Positions 20,758-30,103 of a stretch of DNA of 64,000 nucleotides are shown here, piece after piece. Positions within the stretch are counted from its first letter, which is position 1. Each line of letters begins with the position of its first letter. Below the pieces are notes generated by a model. It worked only from the letters and a program-made list of their open reading frames with translations, ran no database searches and was not told the origin of the DNA. The position numbers were made by a program, and so were the translations under genes. Source of the DNA: Candidatus Nanohalarchaeota archaeon (GTDB lineage: Archaea; Nanohalarchaeota; Nanosalinia; Nanosalinales; JAFCCC01); NCBI GenBank assembly GCA_017610385.1, contig JAFCCC010000002.1, forward strand, positions 32,001 through 96,000, given 5' to 3'.

Positions 20758-23058
20758 TTATGCTACTGTGAATGAAGTTTGGAATGGAGCCGAATATGCT
20801 TCCCAGCTTCCTTGTGAGATCCAGTTATTCCAGTTGAAAACTTTGACTGTGTATTCCTTTCCACTTGAAACACCTGTTGGAAGTACAAAGCCTACTGTAA
20901 TTTCAGAAGTGCCTCCATGATTAATTGATGTTTTTACAGTTCCAATGAAAAGAGGAGTTGATCCGTCTAATACTTCTACGATTTGCATTGGTGTTTTTGA
21001 AAGTGTGTCTGTGTTTTCAACATTAACTTTGATATTGAATTGTCCGCCAGCTGAAATTGAGCTCGCAGGATCGAAATTGTGATTTAAAACCTGAACATTT
21101 GTAATAGTTAAAGGGTAAGATTCTTGTGAAGTTGTAAAAGTATAATCTGCGCTTACTGCTTCATTTGTACTTGCATCAGTTGATTTAACTCTATAATGAT
21201 ACAAAGTTCCTTCAGTTAGGCCAGTTAAAGTAAGTGAATGATCAGTTAAGTATGCTAAGTGAGTTTTTTCTGATCCATAAGTAATTGTTTGACCATATTC
21301 TACTTTTCCATTTGCTAATTCATCAGTATCCCAGCTAATTGTTGCAGAATTTCCAGTAACTGAACTTATTTGAATATTTGAAATAACAGGATCTGTTGTA
21401 TCTGGAGCACTTAAAGTTGTAAAAGTATAATCAGAACTTGTGGCCTCATTTGTACTTGCGTCAGCTGATTTAACTCTGTAATGATATAAAGTGCCTGCAG
21501 TTAGGCTACCCAATGTAATTCCGTGAGAGGTTACTAAAGTCGATAGTATTTCAGAATTTCCATAGGCCGTTGTTGTTCCGTATTCGACAACAGAGTTAGC
21601 TAATTCATCAGTGGTCCAAGAGATCACAGCTGAATTTAAACTTGGATTTGATAATATATTTGAAATTACAGGCGCAGTTGTATCTGGTGCGCCACCAGTA
21701 ACAGTTAGTTGAGTGTCACCAACGACTGAATAAATTCCAGCAGGTATTTGTATTGCTCCAAGGAAATTAAAAGTACCCCTTGAAATTGGCTTTAGTGTAT
21801 ATGTATACGTTGTATCTTGAACATGTGTACCCAAATAAGAACTTTCAAAGACTCGCCAAGTTAAGGTTCTAGAATCTGAAGACCAGATACCATTACCTGT
21901 ATTAACTATGTCAAAATTTTGTGGAATGGTTTCTCTTAATGTATAAGAAGTTGGTTTATTCGGTTCATTGACATCTACGATTAATTGAACGTTAAAATTA
22001 AGATTTTGATCGGCGGTTTGTGGAAGATTTCGAGTTACTCCAATTTGGTCATTTGTCAAAATAGATGTTGTAAAAGTGTAATCACTTGAAACCGCGGGAT
22101 TATTATTTGCGTCAATTGAAATTACATGATAATGATAAGTTGTTGCAGGACTTAATCCTGTTAAAATAATTGAGTGAGAAACAACATCACTTGTGTCTGT
22201 TTCAGCGGAGCCGTAACCTGTTGTTACGCCATATTCTACAGTTGAATCAGAATTCTCGTCAGTTGTCCATGTAATTGTTGCGGAGGTTGAGCTTATTGTG
22301 CTTTGAACATCAGAAATAACAGGAGGTATTTGATCCTGTTGAACTTCTGAAACAATAATGTTTGTCGGAATACCTAGTGCAGAATTTCCTATGGGATCAC
22401 TGCAGAATACATAAGCAGAGTAGGTTCCGGCGGTTGTGAAAGTGTACGTTTTTGTGGCAGTACAACTTACACAAGGGGAACTTAAACTCATAGCGCCTTT
22501 ATTAACGCCATCAACATAAAGACTACAAGAAGCAACGCCGGTATTATCAGATACATCCACTGAGTAGGTTTGAGCTTGCCCAGCATTTGCTGCTAAAGGA
22601 CTTATGCTCCCTACAATAGGTGTTTCTGTGTCACCTTGACCACTTGTAACTTGTAATTGTGTATTTCCTAATACGTTATATGTATCTGAATCATCTTGAA
22701 TGGTTCCTGTGAAATCATAAGTTGATTCAACGGTTGTTCTAAGTTGGTATGTATAAGTTATATCTTCAATAACTTGACCCATAAAACTGTCAATTACTAG
22801 CCATTTAATGGTTCTTGTATTCGCGAACCAGCTACCTCCACCCGTACTAATCACTTCAAAATTCTCTGGGATATATTCGGTTAAGATATAGACCGAAGGC
22901 TTATTTGATTCGTCAATATTTACTTCCAAATTTATGTTCAAATTTGCAAGGATTAATGCAGAAGTTGGTAAGACTCTTGTAACTTCCGCTTGAGTTGCAT
23001 TAATTGCCGGCAATGCCAGTAAAAGCAATAATGGAATTAGGAATAGTTTGTATTTCAT
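20758..23058 (-). CDS. Secreted multidomain protein: two VTRxLP..IPxNF Ig/cohesin-like domains, three FN3 repeats, C-terminal YTVKVFNW domain
   Basis: Signal peptide; SATITWTTDE..VEYG..YG..H..L.GL...T.YHY.V.S.D repeats; GAGGT SD. Confidence 0.83.
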   Translation of the reverse strand: MKYKLFLIPLLLLLALPAINATQAEVTRVLPTSALILANLNINLEVNIDESNKPSVYILTEYIPENFEVISTGGGSWFANTRTIKWLVIDSFMGQVIEDITYTYQLRTTVESTYDFTGTIQDDSDTYNVLGNTQLQVTSGQGDTETPIVGSISPLAANAGQAQTYSVDVSDNTGVASCSLYVDGVNKGAMSLSSPCVSCTATKTYTFTTAGTYSAYVFCSDPIGNSALGIPTNIIVSEVQQDQIPPVISDVQSTISSTSATITWTTDENSDSTVEYGVTTGYGSAETDTSDVVSHSIILTGLSPATTYHYHVISIDANNNPAVSSDYTFTTSILTNDQIGVTRNLPQTADQNLNFNVQLIVDVNEPNKPTSYTLRETIPQNFDIVNTGNGIWSSDSRTLTWRVFESSYLGTHVQDTTYTYTLKPISRGTFNFLGAIQIPAGIYSVVGDTQLTVTGGAPDTTAPVISNILSNPSLNSAVISWTTDELANSVVEYGTTTAYGNSEILSTLVTSHGITLGSLTAGTLYHYRVKSADASTNEATSSDYTFTTLSAPDTTDPVISNIQISSVTGNSATISWDTDELANGKVEYGQTITYGSEKTHLAYLTDHSLTLTGLTEGTLYHYRVKSTDASTNEAVSADYTFTTSQESYPLTITNVQVLNHNFDPASSISAGGQFNIKVNVENTDTLSKTPMQIVEVLDGSTPLFIGTVKTSINHGGTSEITVGFVLPTGVSSGKEYTVKVFNWNNWISQGSWEAYSAPFQTSFTVA

Positions 23059-23194
23059 TTTTATTTACCTCTTTGATTTTTTTGAAACTCCCAATTTTTA
23101 TGGAAGTTACATAAATTGTAAATATGAAGTTTTATTACTGTTCTGATACGAACGATACGAATATATATTTTTTGTATTGTTTTGAGCCTTTCTG

Positions 23195-23240
23195 AAATAA
23201 AAAGAAAGGGAAAAGGGAAGATGAGTATTTAACTCACCCT
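23195..23240 (-). terminator. Hairpin plus pyrimidine tract after the Big-1 gene
   Basis: AGGGTGAGT-TAAAT-ACTCATCTT followed by CCCTTTTCCCTTTCTTTTTATTT on the minus strand. Confidence 0.55.
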
Positions 23241-23258
23241 TTATTGCTTCAGTACCTT

Positions 23259-25982
23259 TTAGATGTGCATCCATACAAGAACTGCTTCAATCAATCTTGA
23301 GTCGGGATCGCAAGGAGTTTCATTACACGGATATGCTTTTGGATATCCTTCACAAACACCTGTATCAGAACCACTACCCATCCAATTTAGGATATAATGT
23401 AGAAGTTCACTATCACCGATAAATTGATTGTTGTCAGTATCTGCATCTGCAGCACCACAAGTCAACGGTTCAGTACACCATGGCCAGGTCTTTTCCTCTG
23501 TTGTAACAAATAATTTGTTCAACGGAGTTACATCTTCGCCAATATGATCAACGAAAACATCAACCTCTGTTTTGCCAATGTTTGGTGTGTCGAATCCTGC
23601 AGAGTAGAAAGTTGCAGCTGCGTGTCCGTATTCATCAGTATAAGCGATGATTTTTCGACCACTCATTCCGTCGTCAACAATACTAGGATCGCTGACTTCG
23701 AATTTGACTTGTGCGCCTTCTAATTGAACAGGTTTACAGTAGTGTGTGTAATCTGGAGTGCTATCATTTATCATTCCAGCTAATTCCAAAGGAGTTTGAG
23801 CTGTTAAACTACTCAATCCACGTTGGGAATATAGTTCTTTTTCATAAATAATTTGATCCCAGTTACACCACAATAGTGCAGTTCTCAAAACTGTGGAAGA
23901 AGTTCCATCAGCAGTAATGAACGCAGGCTGAGCCCATGTCCAAACAGCGTTTGGTGTCATTCCTTCGTCTTGTCTTGCACATACTTGTGCCCATGCATTT
24001 CCGAGTATTTCTCCGTTTTGTCCGGTAACTCTAATTTTTGTGCATCCTTCATTACTTACTGGAATTGTTCCAGAAGATCTGAAAATTGCTGTAGCTTTAC
24101 CTTCCTCATCGGTATAAGCATACACGGAATCAACATCACTATCAAATTCTGTCGAATCTTTGTTCATTACAATAGTGTTGTCCATTACATGGAATTCTAC
24201 TCTAATTCCCGCTCTTTTTACAGGATTGCAGAAACTATCTGCGGTATTTGGATTCTCTCTTTCACAAACTTGTGCTGTAACATATACAGGTTTGTCTCCA
24301 TCTGCTGAAATGACAGAAGGGGAAGCATGTGCTGGATTAGATTCATCGTAACCCATCATATCTTGATCTGTATATACATTTATGCCATTAGGTTTGAAAC
24401 CGTGTGGCTGAATGACTGTTACATATGTGTTTGTGACGCTGATTGAATCTGAAATACTTGAAACGTCGATATAAGCATTACCAGGGGCTACATTATCCTC
24501 TTTGCAATCCTTAGCTGTAAATTCTGCATAAGCATAACCAAATGCATTGGTTTCAGCAACAATTATGGCATGACCATCATTGTCAACATCTGCAGAATCA
24601 TAAACTAATTCTGAATTTCTTGAGGTAAATGTAATTGGTCTTCCAGACATGAATACAGGGTATCCATTTGTTTTATCTAGAAGTTGTGCTGTAACCTTAA
24701 CCTTAGATTCGCCATCACACAAGATCTTACCTGGAGACATTGTAACATCTAATGCCTCTGGCCAGTATTGTGCATCAACTAATTCAACATCAACATCATC
24801 GTTTTTGAAGAATTCTGCTGAAGCTTCAATTCTAGCTTCTGTTAGGGTATTTTGATCGTGTATGCCGTTTGACCTAAAGGTAGTAGTATAAACACCGCCT
24901 TGTGGAAATCTTCCATCTTCGTCTTCGACTTCAGCGTAACCAGGATTGGTTGTATAGAATGGATTTGTAGGTACTAGTTGGCTTATGTCATGAGAGACAA
25001 ATGAAACCACTTTTGCAGGTGGATTTCTGATAATGTGACCATTATCTTTTCTTAGTTGAACACAAGCTTCAACAGTTGAAGTTCCATCAGCTAAGATTTG
25101 TAATGGGAATTCAGAAACGTACAATTGACCATTAATGTTTGTAGTACCGTAATTTAAGGTAGTTTCTACATTAATCGTTTTTTTAAGTATTCCGTATCCT
25201 CCATCAACTTCCACCATGATATCTACATCGCCATCATTTTCGGAGCCTGCACCAGATGATACAAAAGTTGCATATGCAACACCTTGATCATTGGTATAAG
25301 CTTCAACCATATCAGTTCCGTCGACAGCTCTTACAATGTTGGTTTTATCTGAAACGAATTTAATCTTTACGCCAGATTTCTTGACTGGTACATCAGGATT
25401 TAAATCGTCTTTTAATTGTGCTGCGATAACGATTCTTGAAACTCCGTCAGCTATAATATCTGGATAATCTATATCAGGAGTTTCTTTATCAAATGCGTCA
25501 CCGTTAGGACACTTGGACAATTCTACCATATCAGGCACGTGTGCCTTGACATCAACTAATGTAGAACAAGATTCTTGTTGTAAGGATCTACATCGAATCT
25601 CAACATTGTCTGCAACATTGGCATTTCTATTCCCTGTGGAATAAAAATTTAGAACAACTCTTCCGAATTTATTGGTAGTTCCGATTGCAATTGCGCCACC
25701 AAGAACACCGTTGTTTAAAACGTCGGTATTTTGAGATTCACATTTGATCTCAACTCCACACATTTTAACAGGTTCGCCAGGATAAGTTTCATCATCTGCA
25801 CTCATCAACTGAACGGTAACCTGAGTCATAGAAGAGTTATTTTGATCCCAAGTTGCGTGAATTACAGAAGGTTCTGCATCACACTCGAGAACGTCTGGTA
25901 CTGCAGCAAAAGCTAGACCGCTAAATAATAGAGACATTGTGAAAATGCTCATTATTACGGCAAACTTTGCTACGTTTTTCAT
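23259..25982 (-). CDS. Secreted invasin/Big-1 Ig-repeat protein with a C-terminal dockerin-like EF-hand motif
   Basis: Start re-called at MKNVAKF (AGGTGA SD). About six ADG...AQL...PV...G..I.F.S...AYT...G.A.ATF.S repeats; C-terminus DADTDNNQFIGDSELLHYILNW. Confidence 0.83.
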   Translation of the reverse strand: MKNVAKFAVIMSIFTMSLLFSGLAFAAVPDVLECDAEPSVIHATWDQNNSSMTQVTVQLMSADDETYPGEPVKMCGVEIKCESQNTDVLNNGVLGGAIAIGTTNKFGRVVLNFYSTGNRNANVADNVEIRCRSLQQESCSTLVDVKAHVPDMVELSKCPNGDAFDKETPDIDYPDIIADGVSRIVIAAQLKDDLNPDVPVKKSGVKIKFVSDKTNIVRAVDGTDMVEAYTNDQGVAYATFVSSGAGSENDGDVDIMVEVDGGYGILKKTINVETTLNYGTTNINGQLYVSEFPLQILADGTSTVEACVQLRKDNGHIIRNPPAKVVSFVSHDISQLVPTNPFYTTNPGYAEVEDEDGRFPQGGVYTTTFRSNGIHDQNTLTEARIEASAEFFKNDDVDVELVDAQYWPEALDVTMSPGKILCDGESKVKVTAQLLDKTNGYPVFMSGRPITFTSRNSELVYDSADVDNDGHAIIVAETNAFGYAYAEFTAKDCKEDNVAPGNAYIDVSSISDSISVTNTYVTVIQPHGFKPNGINVYTDQDMMGYDESNPAHASPSVISADGDKPVYVTAQVCERENPNTADSFCNPVKRAGIRVEFHVMDNTIVMNKDSTEFDSDVDSVYAYTDEEGKATAIFRSSGTIPVSNEGCTKIRVTGQNGEILGNAWAQVCARQDEGMTPNAVWTWAQPAFITADGTSSTVLRTALLWCNWDQIIYEKELYSQRGLSSLTAQTPLELAGMINDSTPDYTHYCKPVQLEGAQVKFEVSDPSIVDDGMSGRKIIAYTDEYGHAAATFYSAGFDTPNIGKTEVDVFVDHIGEDVTPLNKLFVTTEEKTWPWCTEPLTCGAADADTDNNQFIGDSELLHYILNWMGSGSDTGVCEGYPKAYPCNETPCDPDSRLIEAVLVWMHI

Positions 25983-26006
25983 TTTATTTTTCACCTTTTT
26001 AGGTTT

Positions 26007-26038
26007 GTGAGGTTGTTTAATGTGCCCCTCACGGCACA
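26007..26038 (-). promoter_or_regulatory. Candidate H-type pseudoknot in the leader of the Big-1 gene
   Basis: Minus strand reads TGTGCC-GTGAGG-GGCACA-TTAAACAA-CCTCAC, ending about 10 nt before the AGGTGA SD. Confidence 0.4.
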
Positions 26039-26523
26039 AGTTCTAGTTCTATGAATAGAACAACATGAAGTGAATTAATTTAGTGAATTACTTGAACTGA
26101 ATAAATTTGAAAATGATAAATTGGAATGATTGAATGTTGAATTTAAGTCCAAACTAGAATGAATGTTTCCTTCCCTTGCGCGGTATTGTGAGTTGTAATC
26201 TTTACTCATCTAGCCTTCCCCTTGAAGTTCGAATCTATCATAGATTCTGATATTACTGTTAAGATGTGAATTATAAAAACATGCGTGGTGCGGTTGTATT
26301 GGCACTACAAGTGTATCTTACCTGAACAGTGTTTTAACGACCGTTAATTTCTTCTGTGAGTGATTAACGAACATTTATTTCATTTACGACTAATTAATAA
26401 ATACTTAATGACTCACAGTACAATCAGAATGTTTCTGTACTGTTTCTGTATAGCGATTTTCAATAATATACCTAAAATTGAGAAATCTTTAATATCCTTG
26501 TACACTATGTTTAATATAGTACA

Positions 26524-27006
26524 ATGATGAGAATTAATCCTCGTATTGAATTTGTTCTTAAATTTACTGGAATTACTTTGGGATTATTTACATTGTTTTT
26601 CTTTACGCGCAATTCCTTGAAGTTTTTGCTTTCAGGAACTGCGTGGATTCTGAAAGGTTTATTGTTTATTTTTGGAATTAATTCAAAAGTTGTTGGGTGG
26701 ACTATTGTTTTTCCTAATGTGAATTTTAGTGTGATTTATGCTTGTACTGCAATTTTTCCTATTATAATTTTTATTGCGGCAATTATGAGCTATAAAGCAG
26801 AACTAAAAAGTAAAGGTTTAGCTATCTTGGTTGGTGTTCCTCTAATTTACCTTCTAAACTTGCTTAGATTACTTGTACTTTCTTTGGTTGGAATGAAATT
26901 CCCTTCTGCTTTTCAATTTATCCATAGTTTTTTGTGGGAATCTATTTTCCTTATTTTTATAATTCTAATGTTTGTATTTTGGGTGAAAAAATATGCAAAA
27001 GAATGA
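26524..27006 (+). CDS. Archaeosortase/exosortase family transpeptidase (XrtH/ArtB-like)
   Basis: Multi-TM with the Cys-Arg-His set: VIYACTA, LNLLRL, FQFIHSFLWE. Confidence 0.85.
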   Translation: MMRINPRIEFVLKFTGITLGLFTLFFFTRNSLKFLLSGTAWILKGLLFIFGINSKVVGWTIVFPNVNFSVIYACTAIFPIIIFIAAIMSYKAELKSKGLAILVGVPLIYLLNLLRLLVLSLVGMKFPSAFQFIHSFLWESIFLIFIILMFVFWVKKYAKE

Positions 27007-27553
27007 AATTTTAAAAAAACTTAAAATTTTGAAAAAATTGAAAATGTTTAAAAAAGGTAAATTGTTTGAGAAGTTTGAAAAATTGCCGTTTATTGTGAAG
27101 TTTTTTATTTACTTAATACCTCTTTTTGGGCTTTGGTATGTAATTGGACTATATTATGTTAAGATAATTATGCTTCTCGTTAAAGAATTTCTTTCAATTG
27201 GTGGCTATTCTTTAACAAATATGGGAAATATGATGTATTCTGTTATTTCAAATGGATTAAGAATTCGACTGGATATGAGTTCCTCTGCCTTAATTGACTT
27301 TAATATAGTGCCTTTTTTTGCCTTATTATTTGCAACAAAAACAAAATGGAAAAGAAAATTAAAGTTCAGTTTGATTGGTTTTTTTGTTCTTTTACTAATG
27401 CACGCAATTACATTTTCAGTGTATGTTCCATATTTATTAACTCAGTCAGAAGGGTTATATTTTGTCTATAATCTAAGTGTTATTTTAGGTCCGGCATTGC
27501 CGTTCATACTTTGGTTTTTAATTGCGTTTCCTAATGAAAAAGCCAAGATTTAA
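26993..27553 (+). CDS. Exosortase-associated membrane protein
   Basis: Overlaps the sortase gene; about four TM; NIVPFFALLFAT..KWKRK..LLLMH, exosortase-like but without the catalytic Cys. Confidence 0.6.
   Translation: MQKNEILKKLKILKKLKMFKKGKLFEKFEKLPFIVKFFIYLIPLFGLWYVIGLYYVKIIMLLVKEFLSIGGYSLTNMGNMMYSVISNGLRIRLDMSSSALIDFNIVPFFALLFATKTKWKRKLKFSLIGFFVLLLMHAITFSVYVPYLLTQSEGLYFVYNLSVILGPALPFILWFLIAFPNEKAKI
27514..27544 (+). repeat. Direct repeat, left copy (3' end of gene 26993-27553)
   Basis: GTTTTTAATTGCGTTTCCTAA-TG-AAAAAGCC, matching 28651-28680. Confidence 0.9.
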
Positions 27554-27579
27554 ATAGTACTGTATTTTAAATAATACGT

Positions 27580-28170
27580 ATGTATGATAAATTAAACATA
27601 ACTGAAAACACTTTGAGGGTTCTTTCTCTATTTACTAATGATTTTAATAGCACATATTACATCCGAGAGGTTGAAATGTTACTTAAAATAAGTCCAAGAA
27701 CTGCACAACTAAGTCTTGAAAATTTAGAAGGTAAGGGAATTATTGAATCAAAAATGAGGGGCAAAATAAAATCTTATAAACTACAAAATAACGACTCCGC
27801 CAAAAACTATCTTGTTTTAGTAGAACGATATAAATTGCTCACGTTCATGAGCACACAATTAATTGTTAAAGAGATTATAGAAAAAATAACTCCACACATA
27901 CAAGGAATTGGAGTCATTTTTGGAAGTTATGTAAAGGGGCTCGAAAAGAAAAATTCTGATTTGGACATATTTGTTGCTGGATCTTATGATGACAAAGAAA
28001 TTGAAAAAATTTCAAGAATGTTTGGTGTTGAAATCAACGTGAAATGTTACCCGTTAAAACTTTTTGAAAAAAAAATAAATCAAGATATTCTTCTAAATGA
28101 AATATTAAAAAATCATATTGTCTTTTTGAATATAGAACAATTTATTCGGCAGGTGTTAAAAAATGGATAA
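27580..28170 (+). CDS. HTH-fused minimal nucleotidyltransferase (MNT antitoxin)
   Basis: N-terminal wHTH YIREVEMLLKISPRTA; FGSYVKG....SDLDIFV (GS-x10-DxD). Confidence 0.88.
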   Translation: MYDKLNITENTLRVLSLFTNDFNSTYYIREVEMLLKISPRTAQLSLENLEGKGIIESKMRGKIKSYKLQNNDSAKNYLVLVERYKLLTFMSTQLIVKEIIEKITPHIQGIGVIFGSYVKGLEKKNSDLDIFVAGSYDDKEIEKISRMFGVEINVKCYPLKLFEKKINQDILLNEILKNHIVFLNIEQFIRQVLKNG

Positions 28171-28636
28171 AATTAAATGGTGTGCCGAAAAAAAAGACGG
28201 ATTAAGTTTGATTGCGCCCAATTCAAATCTTTCTCGCGCATACATTATCAAAGCAGAAGAAGCGCTTGAAGCGATGTGTATAAACACCATAAAAGATTGG
28301 AAAATTTCAACAGCATATTACACACTCTATTTTGCAGTTTATTCTATTCTTACTAAACTTGGAATTAAATGTGGAATTCATTCTTGTACTATTTCATTTG
28401 CAAAAAGTTTTCTCAAAGAATTTTTTAGTGAAGAAAATTTAGAATTTCTTGAAGAATCCATGAAAGCCAGAATAAATTCTCAATATTATGTAGATCGAAC
28501 GATTCCGGACATACAATATTCTAAGATGATAACAAAAGCTCCAGAATTTTTGGTTTTGTGTAAAAGTATTCTTATAAAATTAAATGAAAAGAAAATTAAT
28601 GAATTGCGACTCCAATTTAAAGCCGCGCTAATTTAA
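28163..28636 (+). CDS. HEPN domain protein (UPF0332-like), partner of the MNT
   Basis: AYYTLYFA..L..G....HSC and RINSQYY; overlaps the MNT gene. Confidence 0.85.
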   Translation: MDKIKWCAEKKDGLSLIAPNSNLSRAYIIKAEEALEAMCINTIKDWKISTAYYTLYFAVYSILTKLGIKCGIHSCTISFAKSFLKEFFSEENLEFLEESMKARINSQYYVDRTIPDIQYSKMITKAPEFLVLCKSILIKLNEKKINELRLQFKAALI

Positions 28637-28650
28637 TCGTAACTTTCATT

Positions 28651-28680
28651 GTTTTTAATTGCGTTTCCTAACAAAAAGCC
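28651..28680 (+). repeat. Direct repeat, right copy
   Basis: GTTTTTAATTGCGTTTCCTAA-C-AAAAAGCC; 21 bp identical to 27514-27534. Confidence 0.9.
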
Positions 28681-29033
28681 GACTAGAACAGCATTACTTT
28701 TTTATAAAACTTTTGCTCTTTTCTGGAACAAAGAGGGACTATAACATATAATGAGTTACTAAAAGAAATGATCAGAGCATATAATCGTAACAAATTAGCA
28801 GACATGATGGCTGCCTTGGAAAAAACAAATAGCCCCAAGCTGGTGGCACTTGATGACGTATAAACTTTTGCTTGCTCCTGATGCATCAAATTTTATTGAA
28901 AATGTTTATAGACAGAACTCATAAAAGAGATGGATTCTAGTGAATTAAAAAATTTGAGAAATAGAATAACAGATTGTGAAAAATTTCTGGTTTTTTGGAT
29001 ATACACTTTAGTTTATTTTTTGAGGTTTTTTCC

Positions 29034-29672
29034 TTAGAATTTGGCATCAAGATTTCCATAAGCACTCATAAAAAATTTATTCCAATATAATGCAAATCGA
29101 ATTAATGGTGCATCACCATATTGATCTCTTATTCCTCTAATTCCATACTCTCTAATAAATTCATTCATCCTTTTTTTAGTTTTTTCAACCGCTTCTGAAA
29201 CTGAAAATCCTGAAATTAACAACAAAACCAACATCACATGTAAATCTCTAAATGGTCTAAAACTTTTGTCTTTTAATGGGGTTGTAGATCTGGTTGGCTC
29301 AAGAGTAATCATATAGTGAGATTCATAACCAATATACGCTTCTGCACCTCCATTTTCTATTGCAAATCTGCCGAGCTCATGTAGAGAGTCACAAACTAAA
29401 GCATAAATTATACGAGAATTCATTTTTTGAATGTTATTTTTGTCTAAAATAATTTCATTTTGTCCCCAAACGCAGTCAATACTTCCATGTCCATGTAAAA
29501 TAACAAGCCTAGGGTTTCTCTTATCAATTGCTTTTTCAAAAGAATTTCGATTTGCTTTTTCTTCATTTAAATCAATAACTTTGTGCTCTCCTACCTCTTT
29601 GATTTCTTTTATAAGTTCTCCTGCAAGAACATTGAGATATTGTGTTTGTATGTCATTGCACGGTCTCGTCAT
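29034..29672 (-). CDS. Caspase/CHAT/gingipain-fold peptidase-like protein
   Basis: LVILHGHG, IIYALVCDS and AYIGYE fit a clan-CD His-Gly/Cys dyad; no signal peptide. Confidence 0.65.
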   Translation of the reverse strand: MTRPCNDIQTQYLNVLAGELIKEIKEVGEHKVIDLNEEKANRNSFEKAIDKRNPRLVILHGHGSIDCVWGQNEIILDKNNIQKMNSRIIYALVCDSLHELGRFAIENGGAEAYIGYESHYMITLEPTRSTTPLKDKSFRPFRDLHVMLVLLLISGFSVSEAVEKTKKRMNEFIREYGIRGIRDQYGDAPLIRFALYWNKFFMSAYGNLDAKF

Positions 29673-29685
29673 TAGAATATATTTT

Positions 29686-29910
29686 TCAATAATCTATTTC
29701 CCCTCTAACAAGCATTTTAATGTAGGACAATTGTACTTCCATAATTTGTTCTCCAAAAGGAGTATTGCCCTTTACTTCCTTTATCATTTGTTTAACAGAA
29801 ATTGGTCCCTGTGAACCCATAAGCAATATTTTTGATTCAGGATTTAAAGTCTCTAATCTAGCAATTACTAGCTCTTGTACATCTGCAACTATACTTTGGT
29901 CAATTGCCAT
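29686..29910 (-). CDS. Small protein of the three-gene module
   Basis: ELVIARL..EVKGNTPFGEQI; operonic spacing. Confidence 0.7.
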   Translation of the reverse strand: MAIDQSIVADVQELVIARLETLNPESKILLMGSQGPISVKQMIKEVKGNTPFGEQIMEVQLSYIKMLVRGEIDY

Positions 29911-29914
29911 AAGT

Positions 29915-30103
29915 TTACACCTCGTGCAATATACCTAATTTAACAAGTTTTTTTAATATTTGTTTCCCTAATTCTGTGTCATTCTTAATCTCATCGTAAG
30001 CTCTATTCCAAGAATATGGTTTGCCGGTTATAACAATAAGTACACCATTTCTCTCATCTTCTATTAAATTAGAGTATGCTTTCATAAATTCTGTCTTTGC
30101 CAT
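29915..30103 (-). CDS. Small protein of the three-gene module
   Basis: FMKAYSNL..PYSWN.AY.EIKNDTELGKQIL; related to the neighbouring small ORF. Start re-called at MAKTEF. Confidence 0.7.
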   Translation of the reverse strand: MAKTEFMKAYSNLIEDERNGVLIVITGKPYSWNRAYDEIKNDTELGKQILKKLVKLGILHEV

